This document shows positions 9,810 through 19,300 of a stretch of 49,064 bases of DNA, in pieces; within the stretch, counting starts at the first letter, position 1, and the number at the start of each line of letters is the position of its first letter. Where the stretch lies: the NCBI GenBank assembly GCA_965223505.1, contig CBDCWP010000035.1, positions 1 through 49,064 of the forward strand, in the 5' to 3' direction. Source of the stretch: Planctomycetota bacterium (GTDB lineage Bacteria; Planctomycetota; PLA2; JAEUHO01). The position numbers were made by a program, and so were the translations under genes. A model generated the notes under the pieces. The model ran no database searches. It was not told the origin of the DNA and saw only the letters and a list, made by a program, of their open reading frames with translations.

Positions 9810-10864
9810 TTGCCGCTCTCTTCCGGCGCTTCGCTTTCCGCGTCCTTCTCTTCGGCCTCGCGCGCGGCGGCGGCCGCCGCCTTCTCGGCGTCTCGATGCG
9901 CGCGCTTGATGCGCAAGATGAGCTTGCTGCGGTGCCGCATCCAGTCGCCACGCAGCATCGACCCGTACTTCGACAGCTTGTCCTCGTTGAACCGCAGCGC
10001 CTTCATGCGCCCTTTGGCCATCTCCGCGAGCGCCTTCTTCGCGAGTGCTTGCAGGTCCTCGACCTCGGGGAACGCGGCGACGCGCTCGGCCAGGCGCTCT
10101 TCTTCCGCTTGCTGCGCCGCGGCGACCCCGGTCCGCAGCGTCCGCATGTCGTCGAGAACCGCCAGGCGCGCCGCCTCGATCTCCTCCTTCGCGTCGTGGA
10201 TGCGCGCGAGGATCTCGGCGCGTGCCAGGGCGCGCTCCTCCTTCCAGATGCGGTGCCGCTCGATGCGCGCCGCGCGCTCGATCTCGATCTGCTGCTTGAG
10301 GTAGTTGATCTGCAGCTGCCAATGAGCCGAGACCTTCACCTTGCCGTTCACGATCTTGATCTTGATCTTCGCCTGCAGCTGCTTGAGCTTGTGCTCGCTC
10401 GCCGTGGGGCCGTAGAGACTCGGCTCGGGGTGCGCGCGGTCCCACGCCCGCAGGGCCGCGTCGGGCGACATGTCGATGGAGTCGTAGCCGGCGGGGATCC
10501 CGCCCAGCTCCGTGTGCAGGCCCGCGGCGTGGCGTACGAACGTGCTCCACGAGTCGGCCATCAGCATCAACGCGAGCGCTCCGTCTTCGGTGAAGAACCA
10601 GCGTTTGTCCGCCAGCATCTCCTTGATGCGGTTCCGCATGCGCTTCACCCGGGACTTGACCCGGCTGCGCCAGACGCGGTGGATGGCGCCGCGCGCCTCG
10701 TGCTTGTCCGGCTCTTCGGCGTAGCCCTTCAGCGAGTCCTGGACGTCGAACAACGGGTCGCGCACGTCGGTCGGCGGCGGCTCTTCCTCGGGCTCCGCGA
10801 GCGCCGGGGCCGGCCAGGCGGCGAGGATGAGGACGAGAAGAACCCACACGTGGAGAATGCGCAT
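9806..10864 (-). CDS. Exported helical/coiled-coil hypothetical protein
   Basis: ATG 10864 gives MRILHVWVLLVLILAAWPAPALA signal peptide; Ala/Glu/Arg-rich helical C-terminus; translationally coupled to the next gene. Confidence 0.75.
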   Translation of the reverse strand: MRILHVWVLLVLILAAWPAPALAEPEEEPPPTDVRDPLFDVQDSLKGYAEEPDKHEARGAIHRVWRSRVKSRVKRMRNRIKEMLADKRWFFTEDGALALMLMADSWSTFVRHAAGLHTELGGIPAGYDSIDMSPDAALRAWDRAHPEPSLYGPTASEHKLKQLQAKIKIKIVNGKVKVSAHWQLQINYLKQQIEIERAARIERHRIWKEERALARAEILARIHDAKEEIEAARLAVLDDMRTLRTGVAAAQQAEEERLAERVAAFPEVEDLQALAKKALAEMAKGRMKALRFNEDKLSKYGSMLRGDWMRHRSKLILRIKRAHRDAEKAAAAAAREAEEKDAESEAPEESGK

Positions 10865-10924
10865 CAGGCCCGCAATGGTAGCAACGCCGTCTTCTCGCCG
10901 GGGCCGCCGAGTACCGTACCGGGC

Positions 10925-11599
10925 ATGCAGCGCGGCACGATCATCGCCTGGCTCCTCGTGTCGGTGCTCGCCTCCGCGTGTACGCAGGCGCAGGCGCCGG
11001 TGTGGTGTCCCGAGAGCGGTGCGCCGTTGCCCGCTCGCGTGCATCTGCGCGTCGACGGCGAGGCGCAGCGGCGCAGTCTCTCGTGCGAGAGCCGAAGCGC
11101 CGTGGACCTCATGGCGTTCCACGGCGTTCGCGTCGACGAGGACACGTTCTTTCAGGGGCTCGCGCGCTCCGACAACCCGGCGCTCGGATTCGTCGGCGGC
11201 GTCGACGAGCCGGGCGAGCGGCTTCCGCCGCACGGGTACGGCGTCTATGCCGGCCCCGTCGCCGAGCGCATGACGGCGTTGGGCGTTCGCGCGAGGGCGC
11301 ACGAGGCGCGGGACATCGACTGGTTGCGACGCGAGATCGCGCAGGGGCGGCCCGTCATCGTCTGGGCGACGGGGTCATTGACGGCGCCGCGGCCGGTCGT
11401 GATGCGCGACGCGGCGGGAAGGGCGTTTCGCGCCGTCCGAGGCGAGCACACGTTTCTGGCCGTCGGCTATCAGCCCGGGATCATTCGGCTGCTCGATCCC
11501 GCCACCGGCAAGGAGAAGTGCGCGTCGATCGAGCGGTTCGATGCGTCGTGGGCGGTGCTGGGCCGTATGGCGCTCTCGGTCGATCAGCGGTCCTTGTAG
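10925..11599 (+). CDS. C39-like cysteine peptidase (lipoprotein)
   Basis: ATG 10925; lipobox-like LASAC; Q..SLSCESRS (Cys), GRPVIVW, GEHTFLAVGY (His), LLDP (Asp). Confidence 0.8.
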   Translation: MQRGTIIAWLLVSVLASACTQAQAPVWCPESGAPLPARVHLRVDGEAQRRSLSCESRSAVDLMAFHGVRVDEDTFFQGLARSDNPALGFVGGVDEPGERLPPHGYGVYAGPVAERMTALGVRARAHEARDIDWLRREIAQGRPVIVWATGSLTAPRPVVMRDAAGRAFRAVRGEHTFLAVGYQPGIIRLLDPATGKEKCASIERFDASWAVLGRMALSVDQRSL

Positions 11600-11907
11600 C
11601 GCCCGCCGCCTTCGCGCCCGCACAAGCAGTCCGCCGGGCCGCGCGTGTAGTAGTACCCTTCGCACTGGTCGCCGCAGTTGAAGATCCGGTTCCACGTCGG
11701 CGTGAGCGCCACCTCGCCCTCGTCCAGGTTCTTCCCCTCCGGAGGCCAGAAGCAGGTGCACTTGCGGCACCACGACGAGGTGACGTCGCGCCGATAGTCG
11801 TAATTCGCCTCCGAGACGTCGTCGCAACAGAAGGTTCCCGAGCATCCGCCGAGGACGACGAGGACGCCGAGTACGAGGGTCAGAATCGAAGCGCGTTGCC
11901 AGCTCAT
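11584..11907 (-). CDS. Small Cys-rich lipoprotein, unknown function
   Basis: Hydrophobic signal ending VLGGC; 10 Cys in 107 aa. Confidence 0.65.
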   Translation of the reverse strand: MSWQRASILTLVLGVLVVLGGCSGTFCCDDVSEANYDYRRDVTSSWCRKCTCFWPPEGKNLDEGEVALTPTWNRIFNCGDQCEGYYYTRGPADCLCGREGGGRYKDR

Positions 11908-12062
11908 GCCCGAATCCTACTCACCGCGATGGTGGGTCGCGTTCCCGAAAATGCCTGCCTCTTCATGGACGAGGGCCCGATCGGGCTTCTTCCCACCGGC
12001 AGTATTGTTCTTGTTTGTCGCGATCTCGTCTCCTCGAAGCTAGATCGGTAAGATCCGCCGCC

Positions 12063-12575
12063 ATGCGCAGCACGGTCCTCGTCCTCGTGGTCTGGCTTGC
12101 GGGATGCGGCAGCACCCAGGCCTACCAAGGTCCCGCGCGGCCCGAGAGCCAGGTCGCGGTCGTCATCCCGGACAGCCCGCGACTGCGGCAGTGGGACGCG
12201 CCCCTCGCGCCGACCCCCGATGCCGGCGGGCAGATCTACATGCGGCTCGGCGACGTCGGCGTGGGCAAGACGAGCGATCGATTCAAGGTCTTGCCCGGCA
12301 CGCACACGTTCACGGTCTCGTATCGCGAACATCGAACGCCCGTTGCCGGTCGCCGGCTCGAGACGAAGCCGATATCGCTCTCGTTCCCGGTGCAGGCAGG
12401 ACGCGAGTATCGCGTCCGCGGCGCGGCGCTCTATCCGCCCGGAACGCACGCAACACGACCTGCGGATCCGGCAGCCGGATACCGCGTACGCATCTGGGCG
12501 GAGGACCGGACCGAAGGCAAGGTCGTGAAGATGGTCGAGGTGCCGACCGCTTCCATCCTCTTGATCGAAGACTAG
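12063..12575 (+). CDS. Hypothetical lipoprotein
   Basis: MRSTVLVLVVWLAGC lipobox; beta-rich domain (VLPGTHTFTVSY, AGREYRV). Confidence 0.75.
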   Translation: MRSTVLVLVVWLAGCGSTQAYQGPARPESQVAVVIPDSPRLRQWDAPLAPTPDAGGQIYMRLGDVGVGKTSDRFKVLPGTHTFTVSYREHRTPVAGRRLETKPISLSFPVQAGREYRVRGAALYPPGTHATRPADPAAGYRVRIWAEDRTEGKVVKMVEVPTASILLIED

Positions 12576-12577
12576 CG

Positions 12578-13294
12578 GTGCCGGCCACACTGCCGCCCTT
12601 CGTACCGTTCGGAACGGCGCACTGGATCGCGCTGCTCGTTCTCGTCGCCGGCGGATTCTTCGTGATCGGCCCGCTGGGTGTCCGCGCGAGCGCGCGGGTC
12701 CGCCGCCGCACGGCGATCGGTCTCGTCGTCGTCCTGCTCATCGGCGAGGCCGGCATGCACGTGTACGACGCCGCGCGCGGCATCTGGTCCTTGCAGACGT
12801 CGCTACCGCTCGACATGTGCACGCTCGGCATTTTCGTCACTGCGCACGCGTTGCTCACCTCGAGCAGGATCAGCTTCGAGATCGCGTTCTTCTGGCACCT
12901 CAGCGGCAGCGTGCACGGCATGATCACGCCGGACATCAGGGTGGGCTTTCCCGAATTTCCGTTCTTCAACACGTTCATCGAGCACGGCGTCTCGCTCATC
13001 GGCGTGCTGTTCGTGATGGCGACGACCTCGCTGCGGCCTTCCTGGGCCTCGATATTGCGCGTGTTCCTCTTCTCGCTTGCATTGCTTCCGTTGGTCGCCC
13101 TCGTCAACTGGGCGATCGACGCGAACTACTTTTTCATGCGCGAGAAGCCGCACGGCGACAATCTGACCTCGATCCTGCCGGGTTGGCCGTGGTACTTCCT
13201 GCTGCTGATCCCCATCGCGCTCGGCCACTACGTCGTCATCTACCTCGTCTACCTTGGCCTGTTCCGGCGGCGCGCAGCCGCTACGCGCGCATAG
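12578..13294 (+). CDS. YwaF/TIGR02206-family integral membrane protein
   Basis: GTG 12578; PFGTAHW, LPLDMC, MITPD, FIEHG, ANYFFMREKP and PGWPWY motifs. Confidence 0.85.
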   Translation: MPATLPPFVPFGTAHWIALLVLVAGGFFVIGPLGVRASARVRRRTAIGLVVVLLIGEAGMHVYDAARGIWSLQTSLPLDMCTLGIFVTAHALLTSSRISFEIAFFWHLSGSVHGMITPDIRVGFPEFPFFNTFIEHGVSLIGVLFVMATTSLRPSWASILRVFLFSLALLPLVALVNWAIDANYFFMREKPHGDNLTSILPGWPWYFLLLIPIALGHYVVIYLVYLGLFRRRAAATRA

Positions 13295-14054
13295 CGATCA
13301 GCGCGATGTTGTCCTGACCGCCGGGGTTCCCGTCGACGCCGCGCAGCGCGAGCTCGGTCAGCGTCGTCACGAAGTGCTCCGGATCGCCGCTACTCGACGC
13401 ATGGAGCGACTGGAGGTGCCCTGGCCGCACCGACGTCTCGGGCCGGCCGTAGTGGCACTCGTCGATGCCGTCGGTGAACACGACGACGAGGTCGCCGGGC
13501 GACGCGCCGAACTCGAAGCAATTCGCGTTGTCGAGGGCGAGGCTACGCGGCCGCGCCGGAGAGACGAAGCGGATTGACCTCTCGTTCAATGCCTCGAAGC
13601 CGTCGTCGCCGACCCGCACGCACGACGAGTCGCCGTACGACATGCCGAAACCCCGACGCCGCTGCCGGTCGTACGTCACCACCACGAGCGTCGTCGCGGA
13701 CGGCGACGCGGTGGCGCCTTCGTCGGCGAGCGACGTGACGACGTCGTTGAGCGCCCGCGGCGTCGGGATCGGCGCCACGACACGGGCCGCGAGCAACTCG
13801 AGCAGCCGGTGACCGGACACGTCGCCGTAGTGCGCGTCCGCCACGGCCGCCAGGCAGAACGTGCCGTCGTCGACGGCGAAGAGCGCGTCCTCGTTCGGCT
13901 GCGCGGCGTCTCCCTTGGCGGCGAGACTCGGCGACGCCGGGTCCGACCCGACACTGAGGCTGCAGGCCGTGCTGCCGTCGTTGAGCAGACGACATACGAA
14001 CGAACCGTAGTCTGTGTGCGATCGCCCGAGCAAGAGCAGCTTGTAAGGCTCCAT
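13281..14054 (-). CDS. PP2C/SpoIIE-family protein phosphatase
   Basis: NEDA, AVADAH, YGDS, FTDGI and GGQDNIALI metal-binding motifs. Confidence 0.85.
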   Translation of the reverse strand: MEPYKLLLLGRSHTDYGSFVCRLLNDGSTACSLSVGSDPASPSLAAKGDAAQPNEDALFAVDDGTFCLAAVADAHYGDVSGHRLLELLAARVVAPIPTPRALNDVVTSLADEGATASPSATTLVVVTYDRQRRRGFGMSYGDSSCVRVGDDGFEALNERSIRFVSPARPRSLALDNANCFEFGASPGDLVVVFTDGIDECHYGRPETSVRPGHLQSLHASSSGDPEHFVTTLTELALRGVDGNPGGQDNIALIAMRA

Positions 14055-14369
14055 GGCGCGAGCATACTAGCGTGGGTCAGTTTGCAGCTACGCGCGTGCA
14101 TGCGGCTTGCCGGATGCTCGTCGGCGCTTCGCCGACCGCCCCGCTCTCGTCCTTGCGTGGACTGCCACGCGGCGTCTCTCATCGGCTTTGCGGCGACTTC
14201 GCCCCGACATGCCGACCACGACCGGGCAGCCCCTGCGACGGCACGTATCGCCGCCGATCTGCCCCTTCGTCCAAGTGACCCACTGCCGAGCATACGGCGC
14301 TATTCCCTCGCCGAGTTGAGCCGTATAGAATTCGGCTTCGAGTGTGTCGCGCAACGTCGAAAGGGACGC

Positions 14370-15851
14370 TTGAGCCGGATCATCCCCTCGCACTGGGGCC
14401 ACCAAACGAAGTTCCGCACGGAGGCCCAAGCGCTTGCCAACTCGATCTTCGACGAGCTGGATCCGTCACTGCGTCCCAACGTCCTGCTCGTCGGCCTCGT
14501 GTCGGACCACGACAAGGACCTGTATCCCCTGTTCGTCGACGCGCCCGGCCAGGACTACTCCCCGAATCTCTTCAGTGAAGCCAGCCGCCGCGCGCGCGAG
14601 CTGCGCGCGAAGACGTACGGCGAGAACGGCGACAGCATCGATCCGCTCGAGAAGCGCCGCATCGTGCTGGACACCTGGCGCCTCGCCGTCGAGGAGGTCC
14701 TGGCGGAGAGCGACGACGCCACGAAGGTCGTCTCGTTCTGCTCGGCGCCCCGGCCCGTCGAGGAGTTCCTGGTCTCCACGGTGCTGCAGCTGGACCGCAA
14801 CGCCTGGCGGGCGTACTTCGCGCTGCGCCAGGACGAGGACGATCAGCAGGCGGCGCGGCCCGCGAGCCTGCTCGAGGCCACGGTCCTGCAGTACATGCGC
14901 AAGTGCGCGGTCGGGCTGGCCGAACGGCATGCCGGCATGTACGAGTCGGTTCAGGACCTGGACCACGAGGAGATCTTGCGCGCGGCCGGCCGCATCCTGG
15001 CGGACTACCCGGCGCTGGGCGGGCAGCGCGACCTGAACCTGCGCGGGCTCTTCAACGCGTGCAACACCATCTCGTCGCTGCGATACGAGGGCGGGGCGGG
15101 CGTCGGCGCCCTCATCATCTCCCAGCCCGGGCACGAAGGCGTGAAGGTGCGGGTGAAGCTCCGTCGGCCGGTACGGCTGTACGACTACACGGCGGTGCGC
15201 AAGATGCTGGAGACGACCCGGCCCGGCTACGCGCTCTTGAGCGACGGCGCCGTGGTCTACGGCATCGGCGCGCTCAATCTGGCCTATTCCGTCCCGGGAG
15301 AGAGCCTGTTCCAGGTCAGCTTCCAGCAGCACTACGTGTGGGAGCTCAGCTACGGCGCGCGTGTGCTCATGCGCGTGAGCTACGGCCATCCGCGACTGCC
15401 GCGCTTGTCGATCAACGAGGGCCGCTTCCGGGTCGCGATCACGCGCACCTTCGGCATGATGGAGTCCGATCAGTTCGACCGGTTGTGGGAGATGGCGCTC
15501 GCGGCGACCAAGCAGGCGCACGGGACGATTCTCGTGATCGGCGAGAATGCTGCCAAGGAGGCCGAGCGGCTCGCGAAGCAGTCCGCACCGATCGACCCGA
15601 TCCAGGTCGACGAAGAGGGGTTGCTCGCGTTGAGCAGCGTCGACGGCGCGATGTTGATGGACCCGGACGGCGTGGTCCACGCGTTCGGCGTGATTCTCGA
15701 TGGGCGCGCGTCCACGAAGGGCGACCCGGCTCGCGGCGCCCGTTTCAACTCCGCGTTGCGCTACGTGGACTCGAGCGAGTCGCCCTGCATGGCGATCGTC
15801 GTGTCGGAAGACGGCGGCGTGGATGTGATCCCCGGGCAGCGTCGTTCCTGA
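14370..15851 (+). CDS. Diadenylate cyclase (DisA_N/DAC domain) with long N-terminal domains
   Basis: TTG 14370 after GAAAGGGA RBS. C-terminal HGTILVI, SVDGAMLMD, GVILDG, RGARFNSA and IVVSEDG match DAC motifs; no TM seen. Confidence 0.85.
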   Translation: MSRIIPSHWGHQTKFRTEAQALANSIFDELDPSLRPNVLLVGLVSDHDKDLYPLFVDAPGQDYSPNLFSEASRRARELRAKTYGENGDSIDPLEKRRIVLDTWRLAVEEVLAESDDATKVVSFCSAPRPVEEFLVSTVLQLDRNAWRAYFALRQDEDDQQAARPASLLEATVLQYMRKCAVGLAERHAGMYESVQDLDHEEILRAAGRILADYPALGGQRDLNLRGLFNACNTISSLRYEGGAGVGALIISQPGHEGVKVRVKLRRPVRLYDYTAVRKMLETTRPGYALLSDGAVVYGIGALNLAYSVPGESLFQVSFQQHYVWELSYGARVLMRVSYGHPRLPRLSINEGRFRVAITRTFGMMESDQFDRLWEMALAATKQAHGTILVIGENAAKEAERLAKQSAPIDPIQVDEEGLLALSSVDGAMLMDPDGVVHAFGVILDGRASTKGDPARGARFNSALRYVDSSESPCMAIVVSEDGGVDVIPGQRRS

Positions 15852-15905
15852 TCGACCGCCTCGTCCACGCGGGCGTCTTCGGCCCCGGCCTCGAAAATGT
15901 GCTCC

Positions 15906-15933
15906 TTGGGCACGGCCCCCGGGTCGCTAGACT
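15906..15933 (+). promoter_or_regulatory. Candidate sigma70-type promoter TTGGGC-N16-TAGACT
   Basis: -10 TAGACT lies ~6 nt before the first hairpin of the structured intergenic element. Confidence 0.45.
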
Positions 15934-15939
15934 GACGGT

Positions 15940-16165
15940 GCCGCAGCCAGGCAGTTGGGCGGCTGTCGGCGGTCGCGTCGACGGACGTGGCACACACATG
16001 GCGCCGGGGTGGACGACCCCAGGTTCGAAAGGAGGTGATCGATGGTTCATCGTGGCTTATGGAGGGTCTCCGGCTAGCGGAGCAGCCGACGGGCTGAGTC
16101 CTCTCGATAGGACCGCCTTTCGAAGACACACGGGCGGGTCTCCACAGGGGGATCCGCCCGTTTCT
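15940..16165 (+). ncRNA. Candidate structured small RNA or sORF-containing transcript
   Basis: Series of hairpins, GAAAGGAGGTGATC at 16027-16040, upstream promoter-like element and downstream terminator hairpin. Confidence 0.5.
16042..16077 (+). CDS. 11-aa sORF MVHRGLWRVSG
   Basis: ATG 6 nt after the GGAGG core of an unusually long SD; TAG at 16075-16077. Confidence 0.4.
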   Translation: MVHRGLWRVSG

Positions 16166-16166
16166 C
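16130..16166 (+). terminator. Intrinsic terminator-like hairpin
   Basis: CGGGCGGGTCTCC-ACAG-GGGGATCCGCCCG (13-bp stem, 2 G-U pairs) followed by TTTCTC. Confidence 0.6.
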
Positions 16167-16228
16167 AATTCGGGACGATCGTGTATTGGGACGAAGGGAA
16201 CAGTGGGCGCGACGCTCACCTGGGGGAT

Positions 16229-16282
16229 GTAGGGGCAGCCCTTGTGGCTGCCCAATCGGGCCACCACGAGGGTCGCCCCTTC
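16229..16282. repeat. GTAG-family REP doublet (REPIN/BIME-like), copy 1
   Basis: GTAGGGGCAGCCCTTGTGGCTGCCC plus an inverted, degenerate second REP type (GAAGGGGCGACCCTCGTGGTGGCCC). Confidence 0.85.
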
Positions 16283-16364
16283 AGCCAAGGCGCGCGCGCA
16301 GTCTTGTAGAGAACCGGGCGCAGGAGCGGGGGCAGGGCCAGACCCGATTCGGTATGCTCTGCGA

Positions 16365-19300
16365 GTGAACCGCTACGCGCTGCTGGCCGGAATCTTGTTG
16401 GTCGGCCTGACGTCGCCGGGCACCGCCGAAGAAGAGCCCTTCCTCACCGTCGATCAGCTCGTAGACCACCCTGCGCCCTGGTTTGAGTCGGTCACCCCGA
16501 AGGCGATGCGCGACGCGACCACGCTGCGGATGGCCGTCGTCCTGATCGAGTTCCCCGATCGCAAACACGACCCTCGCACGACCCCCGACGGCGTGCGCGA
16601 GATGCTCTTCTCGCGCGGTGAACACGTGCAGGGCGCCGACGGCAAGGCGGCTCACGGCTCCCTCGCCGACTACTACGCCGTCCAGTCCTACGGCCGCCTC
16701 GCCGTCGAGGGCCACGTCTTCGACTGGATGGAGATCGAGACCCCCGTCGCCGCGCTCCTCCAGATGCCCATGGTCAACACGCGCGGGAAGTACCGCGAGG
16801 TCGCGCTGGCGACACTGCGCAAGCGCGAGGGCGAGGACGTGCTCGCGGGCTACCACGCGATCTGCTTCGTGGGCGCGGGCGATCCGGGGCGGCGTGGGCG
16901 CGGGCTCTGGCCGCATCGCGGCAAGATCGAGGACGTGCCCTACATCCAGCTCTCCGAGGTCTACCCAGCGGATCAGCTGCTGCAGGTCGGCGTGCCCGCG
17001 CACGAGTTCGGGCACCTGTTCGGCTTCAAGGACATGTACGGCATCCGCAACCCGTTCCGCGGGCCGGGCCCGTGGAGCCTGATGGCGCGCGGCACGCACG
17101 GCGGCGAACCCTCCGAGCGCACGCGGCCCTTCTCGATGTGCGCGTGGTGCCGCACGCAGATCGGTTGGCTGAAGCCGGTGACCGTGGATCCGCGCGTCGC
17201 GCGCAAGGTCGTGTTGCGGCCGACGCTGTCCGGACCGCGTCAGGCACTGCGGGTCCTCGTCAAGGAAGACGGGTCGGAGTATTTCCTGCTCGAGGTGCGC
17301 AAGCGGGAGGGCTGGGAGACGGATCTTCCTGACGAAGGCCTGTTGATCTGGCACGTGGGGGAGCGCCGCAACGTCGAGGGCTTTCCGGTTCGCGAGTACG
17401 ACACGATCCTCGAGCAACCGCATCCGCTCGATGTGAACGGCGCCACGACGCGCTACGCGGCGTTCAGCTGCTGGCCAAAGCCGGGGCAGAGACACTTCAC
17501 GCCGGATTCGTCGCCGTCCAGCCGCTCGAAGTCCGACGATGCGCTGCCGGTCTTCCTACGCAACATCACGCGCCGCGAGGACGGCTCGGTCGAGCTCGAG
17601 ATCGGTCCCGGTCCGACGCCCGGCCTGATTCCGGCAACGAAGATCGAAACGCGCACGCGTCGTCTCGTGCCGATCCTCCTGCTCGAGGAAGACGACACAC
17701 CGCCGGACGGCGCGTCCCCGCGCGACATCCGGCGCGAGATCGACAAGATGCTGCTGTCGCAAGGCGCCTACATCGGGAAACGCCGCTCGCTTCATCGCGA
17801 GGAGGTGGCCGGCAGCCTGCGCGACTACGTGGAAGAGGCGACCTGCCTGCGCGAGTCGCTGAGCGGACCGGGTGTCAAGCGATCGGACGGTCCGTGGACG
17901 ATCGTGCCCGCCGGGTCGCTCGCCGATCCCGCGCAGGCGATTCGACAGGCCCTGCCAGAGAAGGAAGAGCCCGAGCTCGTCATCGCCTTTGCCGCCCTGC
18001 CGGTGCGCGACGAGCGCTACGAACGCGGCACGCTGACGGACGGGACGCCGTATCTGCTCGTTCGCTGCGGTGACGGGCACTTCGGCCACGTCGGGCCGAT
18101 GGCGCGTTGGTGGATGGAGGTCACGCGGGGTCCCGCGCGTCACGGCCTCGACGACGACTGCCTGCTCGGCACGGGCTGGCGCGGCGCCGGGGACACCGGC
18201 CCCCGCCGGCCGTTCCACCCGTGTCTTCACTGCAAGCTGCGCGCGGGTTGGCTCCATCTCACGACGAGCGACCGGCTGCGGCCGCTCGAGATCTACGGCG
18301 AAGCGGCGTGGAGCGCGGACGGCGCCTCGATGATGGTCAAGCGGGCCAAGGTCGGCTTCGAGGCGGACCGCGAAGCCGACTTCGACACGCCGCAGATCGT
18401 GGACATGACGCGCGACACGGCGTACCCGACGCTGGCCGACGTCCGTCGTTCGTTGCTCGAGGTCGGTCACTCGACGTCCACGGTCGGTCGCACGCTGCAC
18501 AACCGTCCGATCTACCTCGTGCGCATCGCCGCGCCCGGGAGCGTGCACCCCGACGAGCGGCCCGCGATCCTGATCACGGCCGCGCTTCACGGCAACGAGG
18601 CGTCGACGGTGCCCGCCGTGATGACGTTCGTGGAGCAAGTTCGGCCGCGCTCGGACCGCACCATCTACGTGATGCCGTGCGTGAACGCCGACGCGTACGA
18701 GGACTTCGTCTCGAAGCCGTACACCGTGTGGCGCCCCCGCGCGAACATGCGGCCCGTCGACGACGACAAGGACGGCAAGCTCGACGAAGACGGCTACGAG
18801 GATCTGAACGGCGACGGGCAGATCGGCTTCATGCGCCGGCTCGAAGACGGCAAGTGGAAGATGCTCGGTCGCGAAGGCATCGACAACGACGAGGACGGGA
18901 AGTTCTCGGAGGACGTTCCCGGCGGTGTCGATCTCAACCGCAATTTCCCCCAGGGCTGGCGGCCCGGGCGCGGCATGTTCGGACTGTCGCGCGGCGTGGC
19001 GCCCTTGTCCGAGCCCGAGTCGAAAGCCGTTGCCGACGTCCTGCGCTCCCATCCCAACATCGGGCTCGTCGTCGACGTGCACAACGACGCGGACTGCCTC
19101 TTCATTCGCCTGGGCAATCCCGCGGACCGCAAGACCGACATCGCCTCGCTGCCGGACTACGCGTGCTACCGGCCGGTCATGGACATCGCCGAAGACGTGT
19201 TCGGCTATCCGACGCGGCGCTGCGGCAACGCAGGGCTGTTGGCCGTATGGGCGTACGAGGCCAACGGCATCCCGGGCACGATCCTCGAGATCGGCAACGG

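Noticed and set aside
9797..9821. Tandem 12-nt duplication GAGAGCGGCAAG at the stop/start overlap
   Set aside because: Real but only two copies, with nothing between them to suggest a target-site duplication.
10925..11907. RiPP/bacteriocin cluster (C39 peptidase + Cys-rich peptide)
   Set aside because: No ABC transporter fusion or modification enzymes; both proteins look like lipoproteins and the genes are convergent.
13281..15851. CBASS-like anti-phage operon around the cyclase
   Set aside because: The enzyme has a DAC fold, not CD-NTase, and no co-oriented effector gene is adjacent.
16027..16045. 16S rRNA 3' end on the minus strand
   Set aside because: The match stops after GGAGGTGATC; the expected CAGCCGCA continuation and the rest of 16S are absent.
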